64,000 bases of DNA from Octopus sinensis (taxonomy: Eukaryota): contig NC_043000.1 of the NCBI RefSeq assembly GCF_006345805.1, positions 19,034,001-19,098,000 of the forward strand, written 5' to 3'. The translations under genes were made by a program, and so were the position numbers. The notes beneath the pieces are model-generated. The model was given only the letters and a program-made list of their open reading frames with translations, had not been told where the DNA came from and did not search any database. Within the stretch, counting starts at the first letter, position 1; every line of letters starts with the position of its first letter. Shown in pieces: positions 13,685 to 27,799 of this stretch.

Positions 13685-13732
13685 TAAAACGATTTCTGTT
13701 CAATCTGCGTTCAGCTCCATTTCTTCAATTCA

Positions 13733-13792
<60 letters not shown>

Positions 13793-14794
13793 GTGCAAGT
13801 GTGTTAATTGGTTTTATTTCTCATATTGTATGGCTATCAATTGTCTTGGCACGTTTTATCTCATCATTTCTTGTGGACGCGTATAGTATCTGTCTTCGAG
13901 TGTGGTTTTAATTTCGATAAGGCATAATTCATGGGTATTTTTTTTTATCAGATACTAATATGCAAAATTGAAAGGGATATATATTAATGTGTTTAAAACG
14001 GCATGAGTTAAAAATTAGATATTGCTTCGAGTCTGTGGGTTTGTAATAAAAGTCAGTTTCAATTTCTTTATCGACTTTTCTTTTTAGTAAGTTTCTCTTT
14101 GCTGTAATCCATTGTAAATTGCATGGCTGTGTTTACACAACTGAGAAATGTCTTGAATTCGTTTAAGCTTTCTATCCTTTCGGGACTACTTCGAATTGAC
14201 TATGTATCAAGAATCACAACAAAAATATGGAAACTCCTTTTACCAATACACGAGGGAGAGTTGGAAAAGATATCTAGATGATTATTTTATTATGAAGAAT
14301 GACAACATAGAAACACAAAGGGATCTGATGCACATGCAAGTTAAAATATAATACATGCAGAAACAAAGATATATGAAATAATGATATAAACTTTTTTCTC
14401 CGCTCATGAAATCTTAGGTTTCGTGTATTCGGATGAGCAGCAAGGTAGAAAGAACATTTCAAATTTGCAAAATCTCATATATTTAGTTAGAAGGGCCCAA
14501 GTTCCCAAACTTTCGATGAATTCAAACGATGGCATTGATATTGTAATCACTTCATTCTATATTAATAATTAAAAATTGGGAAGTTAGACAATCCTAACTA
14601 CAAAAAAATAGGCTAAACAGCCTATTACATTCTTTCCTTCTTCCTGAGAAGTGACTCTTACACAAAACCTGTTATATGGTCCGAGAGGAAATGGTTGTAG
14701 CGACGGTGTAGGTTTTCTGTGCTTCTTCGTGTATACTGAACTCATATTTCACGGGCGGATCTGATTACTAATACAATTGAAATATAATTCCACG

Positions 14795-14897
<103 letters not shown>

Positions 14898-14961
14898 CGT
14901 GTGTGTATACATACATATATATATATATATTTACATGTGTATGTATATATGCAAGAATTTT

Positions 14962-15005
<44 letters not shown>

Positions 15006-15892
15006 CACGCACGCATATATAATGGAGGTTGCGTGTATGCTTGCGTCGTCTGCGTGTCTAATATTTTGAAATGTGGTGGAAAGAGACATTAAATCAAAAT
15101 GATATAGACAGGAAGATTAGACCAAATAAAGAAAGACAAATAAAGTTAATAATAAATAATAAAAGTAAGTCAAAGTGAAGTTTAAATTCTTCGGCCTGTC
15201 ACAAAGCATTTCTGTGTCTGCATCAATGACAATGGACAATGCAACTGATTATTGCCAGAACTTGCTTAACCCAGAGTTTGAGTATCTCTGTATATGTCCG
15301 TATATGAAATTTCAGATCAACAATATCTGTCAGAGAAAAAATTAAGGGTTAGAAGTATGAAGTTTTGAGCGGATATGTTTTGGGCCTGTCACGCTCTGTT
15401 AAAGATTTTAGATTCAAGTTTAGGACGTAACAGAGGAGAACACCCAGAAAAAAGAAAGCGAAGACAGTTTGCCACAGAGGTCGTTTAGGATTTGACATCA
15501 CGGATTAAATGTTATGCTGCAGATACACATTATTCTGAAATATATATATATATATTAAGAATCCTTGATATTCCTTTCCAGTAAGTTTCTTATCTAGTTT
15601 GTCTTTGAAGTGTCCCTATTGTGAGGAAGTATGGCATTCAAAGAAACCTTCTTTCTTTTCATAAATTATTGCAGAATTTTACCTTGTATTACAATTAAAA
15701 TATTCAATTACGTACATTCACTCACCACTTGTATAAGGCTTTGCTTTTTGCAACGGTACCTAATAACACCTAAGTGGGAAATATTATTTGGAGTTGAGAG
15801 TTTATTTTTCCAAGCCCTACACACAACTCTGCTAATAGGGGATTACATACGGAATTTTATACTCAATATTTGGTTACGTTTCAGAGTGAATT

Positions 15893-15895
15893 AAC

Positions 15896-15928
<33 letters not shown>

Positions 15929-16013
15929 TAATAATAATAATAATAATGATAATAATAATGATAATAATAATGATAATAATAATAATAATAATAATAATTA
16001 TTATAATAATAAT

Positions 16014-16070
<57 letters not shown>

Positions 16071-16073
16071 AAT
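15893..16073. repeat. (TAA)n microsatellite; others at 3164-3216 and 32460-32523; (CT)n at about 57700-57795
   Basis: Direct inspection. Confidence 0.95.
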
Positions 16074-17759
16074 GACACAGAAACGCTAATACAACCCAGC
16101 AGGACAACTGACAAAGTAACTCTAAAAGACAGGAATATCTACAGTTTTCTGTGAGTATTTTGAATTTCCCTCAAAATAAATTAAGGAACTTACATATCTA
16201 CAGCTTTGAACATACAAACGAACACATCAAAAAACATTTAGAAACTTTAATGTCTTCAATTTTGTGAGAACATTTTGTCTTCCCTTCTTCCCTGACTAAC
16301 AGAATATATAAACATGCCTTTTATTGTAACAACAGAATTAAATGCACGATAAAAAAATTAAAGAAGTAAGCACCTGCCAATATATACAAACTACACAACT
16401 ACAAAAACTGCAAACCACGGCAAAACATTTAAAAAGAAAAGAAAAATTCCAAAAGAAATAGAAAAAGAAATTCAGAAATTCAAAAATCCAACAAGGTGAA
16501 CACCTCTTCCTCCGACTATTCCCAAAGACTGGATATCTACAATTTCCTGTCAATATTTTAAATCTCCCTCAAAATAAAATAAGTTAGGGAACTTACATAC
16601 CTACAGCTTTCGAACACACAAACGATCAGCTTTAAAAAAAAATCCTTTAATATCTACAACTAATGTGTAACTACTTATCCTATCCTCCCTCCCTGAGTAT
16701 TCGAAAATGTAAACATCCTTTTCATTGTACAAGTCCTACTGTATTCTCCAACTGGACAGCCAAACGAACATCTCAAGAAAAAAAGTATTAGATAGTTTAA
16801 AAGAACAGATAGCATGATACCGTAAGCTGCAAGTAGCAAGCTCACTACGCATGCAAGTCTGCAGGAGTTCCAACAAAACCCAAGTTACTAGAAAAATAAT
16901 AATGATATGTATGTATGCAGGTTATATTATATTATATTATATTACATTATATTATACTAGCAGTATCGCCAGGCGTTGCTCGGGTTTGTAAGGGAAATAA
17001 CTATATAAGCATTTTTAGAAATGTAAAGTATAATAGCCATCTCAATATGGCTAACCACAAAGGGGGGGGGGTGTTACTGTAGCTTTTTACGTTCTGCGAT
17101 TTAATAATACATTTTTAGAGAGTTACTTCCCTTATATAATTGCAAAAAATGCATTAAAAATGGGAAAAAATGATGGTAAATTTTTTTTTTAACTCGTAGA
17201 CTCATCGTAGACGCGCGCCAATACTCAGAAGGGCTTTATATGAATCACGACTATAAGATACCCGCTTTTGGTTACACTGCACCGCAAAATGTGGGAGTAG
17301 TTAGGAATCTAAATTGTAGGAGACAGACACACAACTTCTCTGTTATATATAAAGATTATTTAATATTATATTATATTACATTATATTATATGTGGTGACC
17401 CTCCTGTCGTAAATGACATATGAGTGTTCTGCAACTTCTTGCTTGAAACGATACTGTACACAGATTTTTTTATAGAGATGAAATGTTTGTGTTGTACACT
17501 GGCTCACTTCCTCCATTAAATCGACATGTACAAGGTGTTCCATCCAATAGATGTCAAAGTAAACACGAACCAGCGTCAAACGAAATTTTTGGCTCAAGAA
17601 CACAACGCACTGCCTAATCATAGAATCGAAACCACGATTTTTGCGATCGTGAAGGCAATACCCTAACCTGGCTCATGTGTTTCTTACTGTATCCTGAATC
17701 CTGGCCATCGGCTCGGCCTCGGTGTTGCAGGCAGAACGGTTGATGCTAATCTCAACTTC

Positions 17760-18269
17760 GCCCCGCACATACTAACCCATAGAGTTACAATTGAGGGAAT
17801 TATGAGGCAAAAAATTGAGGCCGATGAAAGTCATAGAAATTCTCTGACAAACCAGTTCTGACTTTTTCCGGAGGTATGGGAAGAAGCCGAATCCTGATGC
17901 CACACATATGATTTTTCAGCAGCAACTTTCTCCAGCCAGGATTTGACCACAGTCTCCAGCCTAAGGCCCTGTTCAATAATGTGAGGCGGCATGATGTTAT
18001 CCTCGCTAGTGACACACCCAAACACTATCAGAGTTTGGGGAACTTCATTTTCATACTCTCCATGTCACGTCTTGCAGCATTTATGAGGTACACAGAGCAT
18101 TGAGCAGCACTCGTGATGTCGGGCGAATCACCATGACACAAGTAACTCCTTAAATATTCAAATGGCTTCTACTTCGTCATGTCAACTAATTTTTTTTTCT
18201 CAATTAAAACTTTAATCCTCATGCTTCCCAACGTAGTTGACTGTTTACCAATACATCAAGCTGAACCTG
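17760..18269 (-). mobile_element. Degenerate Tc1/mariner (maT/DD37D-like) transposase remnant
   Basis: MFGCVTS...MPPH...GLRL, YVWHQDSASSHTS, and a decayed WP.NS..CN motif. Confidence 0.7.
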
Positions 18270-18432
18270 AAAAAAAAGGAGATATAAAATATTGTCAAAA
18301 TTAGCCCCAAAACCCTATATGACAAACCTGAGAGTGAACCAGTTCTCTATGACGTTATCAAATTTTACGAAAGATAACTGCAAATAATGTGTTACTATTA
18401 AATATTATGAAATAGTAAATAAAGAAACTTAC

Positions 18433-18672
18433 TTTTGTTTCTAACAATTAGTCGAATGGCGTTACTTATGCGACTTGGAAGTTGTGACGGAATGTGATCA
18501 ACATCGTTTATATGATGTTTGATAAATAAGGTAGCAAGGCATCGATATTCTCCCATGTCTGCTGAGGAAACTTCTGAGAAATACAGTTGGCCGTTCCTGG
18601 ATATAAACATGTATTTTTGCTTTGTAGTTCGAACGAAATTCATGTCACCTATCACCCATTGATACGTTATTG
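18433..18672 (-). CDS. Cont: Contactin coding exon 8, Ig domain 2 second half
   Basis: ttcAG acceptor, A|GTAAGT donor; 240 nt; ITYQW...FISRNGQLYFSEV...DMGEYRC, contactin-like. Confidence 0.95.
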
Positions 18673-20770
18673 CTGAAGACACATGGAAATGGATAGGAGT
18701 TAGAAATATTAAATACTTCTATAGAAACAGGATTACGGATGTTAACGGAATTTAGAAATCTATAATTGAGTTCATACCTTTACCATGAAACATAAGTAAA
18801 ATGAAATGGATATCGATTCTCAGGATCGATATCCAGTTGTAAACTCATCTCATACGTATAAAACTTCACTCCGTTGAGGCATCATCAAGACAACGAAAGA
18901 ACCTCTAAATGGTCGCTCAGTCTGTTAGAAATTGCAACCAAATTTACTCCGAAATTCCATCGTACCATTTTCGAAACTGAAGGGCACATTGAATAATGAA
19001 GTTCTTCACGGATTGTAACGGTTTGAAAGGTCTTTATTAAATGTGCTTGACTGGAGTGAACCTAAGGCTATATCAACATCAAGGTTGATATGCGGCGAGC
19101 TGGCAGAAACGTTAGCACGCCGGGCGAAATGCGTAGCCGTATTTCGTCTGGCGTTACGTTCTCAGTTCAAATTCTGCCGAGGTCGACTTTGCTTTTCATC
19201 CTCTCGGGGTCGATAAATAAAGTACCAGTTACGCACTGGGGTCGATGTAATCGACTTGATCCGTTTGTCTGTCCTTGTTTATCTGTCCTTGTTTATCTGT
19301 CCTTGTTTGTCCCCTCTGTGTTTAGCCCCTTGTGGGTAGTAAAGAATAATATATCAACCTCAACAACATTTTTCATTTGCTTGATCTGCAGAAAGGCTGT
19401 GTCTGTTACCTTCGTAAACTCTATTAAATTGAAATGAAATCGGGAAGCTTAGAACGGGGCTGATGATTAGAGTTGGACCTAGGCAGGATTAAGTCAAAAT
19501 GAAGGATGAGAGAAGAGACAAGTGGGGTGAGAGTTCCTGAGTGGAGGAAGTACAAAAATTACATGCTTCTATAGTATTGGTAGAAGAAAATCAGAGAAAG
19601 AATGCACCACCCCTATAGATCATTGGCTGGAGTATGTTTATAAAAGACACCTTGCCAACCAGTCGAGTTATCTTTGGGTGTTGTCTAGAATGTATATCTA
19701 TATAGCAGCAATACCGTCCAAGAAGTGGGACCAGTATTCCATTGTAGTCCTTATCTTAGACTTATAGAGTCACCAAATATAGAAAACTGAAGTATTTTCT
19801 TACTCTGAAAGGGAATGCCACTCATTGATATACAAACATTGCTTTGTTGAGGATGTGTTCGCTGAAGAGGTCCACAAGGATGGTGAGACCTAGCATCTGA
19901 AGCCAACGTGAGCCGGGATAACGTTTACTTGTTATGTACAGTGAATGTATCATTTTGTTGTTTTTACTACCGAAAATAAGCATGGCTCAAAATTTCAAAC
20001 GAACGTGACATCAGTTAATTTTACATTACTTGTAACGACATAATCGTTTTTTGTAATTGTTTTTGTCGCCGCTGTTGCAGTTTGCCGATGTTGTTGCTAA
20101 ACCTCAGATCAGCCCTGATCAAGGACGCAAACGACAAAAAGCATTTCAGCTTGTAAATCTCAGACCACATTATTCTATTTCTATTTCCTGTTTATTTTTT
20201 TAAGCGTGAAGATGTGCCTCCTTTTTTGCTTACATTTTTAAGCTGTATATGTCTTTTTTTATCTTTTACTTGTTTTCATCATTAGAACACGGCCATGCTG
20301 GAGCAATGCCTTGAAGCATTTTTAGTCGAATGTCGTTACTCCAATACTTATATTTTTAAAGCCTGGTACTTATTCTATCGGTTTCTTTTGCCGAACCAAG
20401 TTCGGGGACGTAAACACACCAGCAACGTTTGTCAAGCGGTAGTGGTGGAGACAAACACAGACACAAAGACACACGTAGATATACATATGCATATATGCGA
20501 CGGGCTTCTTTCGGTTTCCGTTTAATAAGTTCATTCACAAGGCTAAATGCGGATTAAACCAGTGAGATTAAACTGGAACCGTGTGCTTACCACACAACCA
20601 TGCCTGTGCTTATATATACTATATATTACTAATGTAACAAAAGAAAAGCGAAATCTATCTCTTTTGATCATGCAGTGAGCGCAGTGTTAGTTCTAAGATA
20701 CTAACTACGCCCGTACTGCTATAATGAAGAAAAGCATTTTAGAGATGGTGTAAAAATATATACAAATTAC

Positions 20771-20866
20771 CTGGTTTAAATGAAATGTGGCTGCAATGAA
20801 TTGAGGTTGACTCGTAAGCATCAGCATAAACCGGTTCCGGGATGACGTTGGAGAAATCACCAAGAT
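20771..20866 (-). CDS. Cont: Contactin coding exon 7, Ig domain 2 first half (YLGDFSNVIPEPVYADAYESTSIHCSHISFKPA)
   Basis: Not in the ORF track. catcAG acceptor, G|GTAATT donor; 96 nt, phase 1-1; supplies the first Ig2 cysteine. Confidence 0.9.
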
Positions 20867-21315
20867 CTGATGGAAAGCATAGATTGTGTTATGTCAACAT
20901 ATATTTTTTCAATGAAAGACAGTTGTAAAAATGACATCGTCTCTGATGAAGAGATATCCCTAATATCTCCCAGAAACAGCTGTAAGACTTACTTTCTCTT
21001 TATAAATGTCCTGAAAACTCCACACAGCCTTGGTTTTGTTGTTTCACTTTATTTAACATATACATGCTCATACAAGACCCGCATTAGACTTCTCACTCGC
21101 ATCATTATCGAACCGAGAGTTAAACTACGGTCCTTCCATAGCATTTACATAGCGTTACCTGCCACCTTGGGTCTTCTGGATACCAACACCTTTCATATAT
21201 ATATATTATATATATATATATATGTTTGTATGTATGTATGTATGTATGTATGTATGTATGTATGTATGTATGTATGTATGTGTGTGTGTGTATGTATGTA
21301 TGTATGTATGTATAT

Positions 21316-21351
<36 letters not shown>

Positions 21352-21839
21352 GGGAGTGAGAGAGAGAGAGAGAGAGAGAGAAACAGAGAGAGACTTCGAA
21401 TAATAGAATCAGTTTAGCAGCTGACCAAATACTGTACAACTACTTAGTTATGTCTTCGTTTTTTTTTTTCTTTTTGCATGTTCCAAGTTCAAATTCTACC
21501 CAGGTCGAATTTGTTTGCTGTCGTCTTCCCGATGTTGATAAAATAGGAATCAAGTTTCAGTATTATGAACAATTTATACCTCATTGAAACGTGTGGCCTT
21601 GTATCAAAGTCACAAATTCACTTTAATGCTGCTTAAAGCGACAAGCGTGTAGAAGTCATACTGCACTCAATTTGTTTTGATTATTATTAAATTCTAATCC
21701 TGTCTTGAAAGCTCTACGAAAACAATTTCACATTTTAACCTTCAAGGATCAATAAAATCTAATAAAATTATATTGAGAATTTTTTACCCTCTCAGTATAT
21801 TTCTAGTACTATGAAATGTCAAAAGCCTTTCTAGTACTG

Positions 21840-21908
<69 letters not shown>

Positions 21909-22468
21909 TGACGCGACTTCATCAAAAACTGTTTTCCAGGGCTCAGTTGTAGGCGGGTGAAGAAGAGGCAGAAAAAGAACATCTTGCTTCGTTAACATGA
22001 AAGATTCAACCTGTTCCAACTTCGGCTGCATGTGAAGATAGGAACATTGGCAATTGTTGATTGACAAAGCCTTCGGAATACTTCTCCAACAACAGGCTTT
22101 TGTGACTAAGACACGGACACAGCGTACCTATTCTGACAGAGAATATGCCAGTGATAGAGACGGCAGTAAGTAGTTGTAATTGGAAATTTACTTACTTTGT
22201 GGTTTAGAATAGCAATCTGTACATCGTACTTGACGTGGATATTCTACAAAAATGTCATAGCACTGCAGTATTCGTCATGAGAAAGCATCTCGTATAGATA
22301 CATAGTGCTAAAAAGCACAGATGTGTCGTAACACTGTACGTCTACACGAGATACTCTCCCAAGACGTTTACCACAGAATTGTGACTTTCTAATGGTATAT
22401 CGATATTATGTAAGATATGGAGATCGCTATTCTGAACTAATGCTGTTTCGATCTCTAATAGTATAACT

Positions 22469-22985
22469 AGAAAGGGTATGGCCTGGTCAGCCTGTAATGA
22501 CATGCATAAGATCTGGTCATCAAATCTAAGTAGAGACTTCAAACTTGAAATCTTCAAAGCCACAGTCGAACCAATTCTACTATATGGCTCAGAAACCTGA
22601 AGTTATCAAAGAAGCTTGAGAGGGGGTTGGATGGAACCTACACTCGCCTCCTTATGAGAGCTCAAAATCTCTCGTGGAAGCACCATCCAACCAAAATGCA
22701 AATATATGGGAACCTACCACCTGTGTCATCTCTTGTGAAAGGTAGGAGAGTCCAGTTTGCTGGACATTGTTGTAGAGCTGAAAAAGAAGTAATTTCTACT
22801 CTTCTCCTCTGGAAGCCATCTACTCGCAATACCAGAGGGCGCACACTCTCCTACCCTGATGTAATCTCCAGGGATACAGGCATCCAGCAACCGGACCTCC
22901 GTAATGCCATGATGGACCGTGAAGTCTGGCGTAGCATGGTAAATTCCATTGTCTCGACCACGGTCGAACAATGATGATGATATCT
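22469..22985 (+). mobile_element. 3' end of an RTE-group LINE
   Basis: AWSACNDMHKIWSS..FKATVEPILLYGSET..LDGTYTRLL..SWKHH..RRVQFAGHC..DTG..MMDR.VW; (TGA)n tail. Confidence 0.75.
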
Positions 22986-23056
22986 GTGGCTTGTTTTCCA
23001 TCCTATATGAAATGTAAAAATATGACAATCATGTAAAAAATCTATCTCTCACTCAC

Positions 23057-23386
23057 ATGCAAAAGATAGCAGAACGATATTTCCCATAACTTTGCCAAAT
23101 TCGTTTTCAGCACTGCACTGATAATAGCCAGCATCACGATTGTCGATGGGATTGGAAATGATCAGCCTTCCATTGGTGAGTGTATAATGAGAATCCAAAG
23201 CAGTCACCTCCACTGTCGTGTTGTCTTGGAAACGATGCCATTTATATACTGGCCTAGGGTTACCATCGGCTACACATTCAAGGAATATGTATTTCGACGA
23301 TTCGATGATTACCGTATCAGCTGCATCGATAGTTATGGTAGGGCCTTTACGGATCTCATTCCGGTTTCGCAACAGCTTGCCGTAGC
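23057..23386 (-). CDS. Cont: Contactin coding exon 6, Ig domain 1
   Basis: caacAG acceptor, T|GTGAGT donor; 330 nt; LECVADGNPRPVYKW...DAGYYQCSAENEFG. Confidence 0.95.
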
Positions 23387-23469
23387 CTGTTGAATAAAAG
23401 TTACAGGTATTGAAACACGTGACGAGGAAACAATTTATTTTCAGTAACATTACACCCGGATACACATTT

Positions 23470-23541
<72 letters not shown>

Positions 23542-23656
23542 ACACACATACACACACACACGTAAGTGTGTATATATGTATACAGAAGAGACACAAGCAT
23601 CAAAGGTACATTGGTGGATGGAGACTGATGTGTGTATATATATATTAATACATAGA

Positions 23657-23711
<55 letters not shown>

Positions 23712-24122
23712 CTCTTTACTCTTTACTCTTTTACTTGTTTCAGTCATTTGACTACGGCCATGCTGGAGCACCGCCTTTAGTCGAGCAAATCGACCCCGGG
23801 GCTTATTCTTTGTAAGCCCAGTACTTATTCTATCGGTCTCTTTTGCCGAACCGCTAAGTGACGGGGACGTAAACACACCAGCATCGGTTGTCAAGCAATG
23901 CTAAGGGGACAAACACAGACACACAAACACATACACACACACACACACATATATATATATACGACAGGCTTCTTTCAGTTTCCGTCTACCAAATCCACTC
24001 ACAAGGCTTTGGTCGGCCCGAGGCTATAGCAGAAGACACTTGCCCAAGATGCCACGCAGTGGGACTGAACCCGGAACCATGTGGTTGGTTAGCAAGCTAC
24101 TTACCACACAGCCACTCTTGCG

Positions 24123-24161
<39 letters not shown>

Positions 24162-24427
24162 TATATATAATATATATATATATACTTAATTAAGGGTAGA
24201 AATTGATATTTATCAATTAAAACCAGTGGTCTAGCATATTAAAAAAGAATCCGAAGATTAAAATATTTATATATACCAATTAAGGACTGAACACGAAAAA
24301 TGGACAGTCAACATGCTAGATATAGACGTCAAATCGCCATTCTCCACAAAAGATTATGTTCTCAAATCAAACTCAGCACAAAACCAAAGCAATAAACAAG
24401 TGAAAATATACGAAATAAAATAATTAC

Positions 24428-24491
24428 CCATGTACTGATCAGTTTCGGCTATTATTATCCGCAAGGATAACTGTAGCATTCATCAGCATGG
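24428..24491 (-). ncRNA. Hammerhead copy sense to contactin, G10.1 lost (left arm of fold-back 2)
   Basis: Mirror of 24698-24761 with 4 substitutions, including G10.1 to U at 24478, which breaks the G10.1-C11.1 pair. Confidence 0.75.
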
Positions 24492-24697
24492 TCCGTTATG
24501 AATGTAATTTGCTGGACTAGATGCAAAAACGATACCGGAGTATCGCGTGCATGGAGTTCAACCTATTACATTCGAATGTATCTTTCAAAAGTAAAGGCAT
24601 TTGAAAGATAAATTCGAATGTAATAGGTTGAACTCCATTCACGCGATATTCCGGTATCGTTTTTGCATCTTGTCCAGCAAATTACTTTCATAACGGG

Positions 24698-24761
24698 CCA
24701 TGCTGATGATGGCTGCAGTTATCTTTGCGGATAATAATAGCCGAAACTGATCAGTACATGG
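24698..24761 (+). ncRNA. Type I hammerhead ribozyme (right arm of fold-back 2)
   Basis: Stem I CCAUG/CAUGG; CUGAUGA 24703-24709 plus one extra U; stem II GGCU/AGCC with inner hairpin UUAUC/GAUAA; GAAA 24743-24746; palindromic stem III ACUGAUCAGU; GUA 24754-24756. Confidence 0.85.
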
Positions 24762-24911
24762 GTAATTATTTTATTTCGTATATTTTCACTTGTTTATTGC
24801 TTTGGTTTTGTGCTGAGTTTGATTTGAGAACATAATCTTTTGTGGAGAATGGCAATTTAACGTCTATATCTAGCATGTTGACTGTCCACTTTTCGTGTTC
24901 AGTCCTTAATT

Positions 24912-24965
<54 letters not shown>

Positions 24966-24991
24966 TATATATATATGTGTGTGTGTGTGTG

Positions 24992-25050
<59 letters not shown>

Positions 25051-25188
25051 ATATCGTACTGCATTACCACTGGATATCCTTGTTGCTTATTTTGATTTTA
25101 CTTTCAAATTGTATATATAATACCGTATTAAATTCTGGTGCCTCAACTTAAGTACCATATTCATCAGAATCTAAATATGTGTGTGTGA

Positions 25189-25230
<42 letters not shown>

Positions 25231-25272
25231 TATATATATATAAATATATATATATATGTGTGTGTGTGTGTG

Positions 25273-25331
<59 letters not shown>

Positions 25332-25474
25332 ATATATCGTACTGCATTACCACTGGATATCCTTGTTGCTTATTTTGATTTTACTTTCAAATTGTATATA
25401 TAATACCGTATTAAATTCTGGTGCCTCAACTTAAGTACCATATTCATCAGAATCTAAATATGTGTGTGTGAGTG

Positions 25475-25510
<36 letters not shown>

Positions 25511-25644
25511 ATTATATATATATATGCATACATGTGTGTGTGTGCACGCGTGCATGCATTTATGTTTGTGCATATGCGTGAACATATGCTTCCAATTGTG
25601 TCTCGGTTCATAGATAACTAGATATTTAGCTGTCAAAATGTTAC

Positions 25645-25752
25645 CATAGTCGCGGGTTCTTTTAAGAATCGGAAATGCTTCCACACGGGATATTTCGCAG
25701 ATATAAGAAAGTTGTGCCGTATCTGGTGACCTTGACCAACCGACCATGTTAC
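25645..25752 (-). CDS. Cont: Contactin coding exon 5, lectin end and linker (GNMVGWSRSPDTAQLSYICEISRVEAFPILKRTRDYG)
   Basis: ttccAG acceptor, G|GTAAC donor; 108 nt, phase 1-1; YICE terminal lectin cysteine. Confidence 0.9.
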
Positions 25753-27685
25753 CTGGAAATAATGAACGAAAATATTTATTATTCAAGGACCATTCACTGT
25801 TACAAGATTATTTAGCAAAATGTAACGTAGAGACTTTAAACAAAGCTTCAAAATACATATACATTCTGTTTGCATTTGGCGGGGGGGGGGCAAAGAGTAA
25901 GTAAATATCTTGTAAAGCACTTTCATACTCTGTTATAGATCACAAGTAAAATCCAGTCTCCTTTATGTATGCCAGTGATGCTGTTGAAAAGGGCCAGAAT
26001 GTTATCCAATCTCGTTCACTCTGTGGTCTTGAGCTCAGTATATTATCTAAGGAGCCGAACAGATACCGTGTTGTTTCTGTATACCAACGAATTAAACCTG
26101 CTCGAGCAGACTTATAATCAAAGGCTTGTGGCCATAACTGTAAAGCAATTTTTGATCTACGACTATACTAATAGGTTTGGGACTTTTAATAAAACAGTAG
26201 AGCATTCTCTGAGGCTACATAGGTCATGACTCGAATAAATGGAGGTAGAGACGGCTGCAATACTAAACCAAGATCAAGTGATTTGCAGTATTAAATTTTG
26301 CTCTCTCAAGCATGATTGATCTATTACTTTGAAGATCAACATGATAAGCGCCTACAGCTAACATTTTGAACACGAGTCTATGGGCTACGCGTCTTCCTTG
26401 TTTTCGCCTCTCCTGATTGCAGTAATCTTACAATAACTATGACTTCCGATTAAGAGATATTGCATGTTGCTTCGGCGTCAGAGACTTACTCATTAGTCAA
26501 AGTCTATTGTTACTTGATCCCTTAGCGTATAAGATAGCTCAGTCAACAATATCCTATGTTATTAAGGCGGCGAGCTGGCAGAAACGTTAGCACGCCGGAC
26601 GAAATGCTTAGCAGTATTTCGTCTGTCTTTACGCTCTAAGTTTAAATTCCGCCGAGGTCGACTTTGCTTTTCATCGTTTCGGTATCGATAAATTAAGTAC
26701 CAGTTGATACTGGGGTCGATCTAATCGACGACCCCCTCCCCAGAAAATTTCAGCCTTTGTTCCTAGAGTAGAAAAGAATACTCTGTTACTGGACGACATA
26801 CTATTTCCTAATATCTGAATTTCCAGACGAACTGCGACAAAGAAACTGAATTTTTTCTGCTCTTGAAGTGAATGTAAAAGCAACTTTCCGGTGTTCAACG
26901 TTAGACTTCAATATCTATTTGGAGTTCTTATGACCACTAGATACTCGATTTTTTTAAAGAAGCAGGATCCCATGAGTGAATATATATATGTAAAGTATAA
27001 AGTGTCTGAGGAGAAGGCTGTGTTACGAATCTGTTTGCAGTTGTAGTTGATCTGAGAAGCTATTTTTTCCCATACAAGAATAACTAATCTTAACGTTATA
27101 TGAGTTGAAGAACTGAAGGTACTTGTTTTGGTAATTGATATCTAATTAAGATTAGGAAATTTCTGGCTGTTGTGATGTGGTGAATTAAATCAGATATTTC
27201 TCCTCGCTGTCCTACTTTGCTGTTTGATAGAAATATTATACATGTAGTTTTTCACAGAAGCTAGCTCATCATATAAAGTACAGGACTTGGCTGCCTTAGT
27301 GACGATACTCCACGCCGTCCAAGGATAGACCAAAGACTCTTAAACTCGAATGACATTTTTATTTTGCCATCTGAACGAAACTCTATAACATTATAACATT
27401 ATAACGGCCAAAAGCATATTTTTCTCCAGTTCGATATAATCAACACACACACACATACATCATACACACACACAAACACTCACCCCCATACACACACGCT
27501 CACACCCACAAATATATATATATATACATGCATATATATTTATTTCTATGTCAAGAATATATTTTAAAATATACTAAACTGAAATATTACTCTATACTTT
27601 TAGTAGAGTGCTCGGTGAGCAAATTTTTACACGGAAAAGTTTGATAGTGAATTGAAGTCTCGGCTTGCATGCCTTCGATACACAG

Positions 27686-27729
27686 TATGTATGTATGTAT
27701 GTATGTATGTATGTATGTATGTATGTATG

Positions 27730-27763
<34 letters not shown>

Positions 27764-27765
27764 TG

Positions 27766-27799
<34 letters not shown>

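Noticed and set aside
25100-25175. CUGAUGA...GAAA on the minus strand in the tandem duplication
   Set aside because: No consistent stem II, stem III or stem I.
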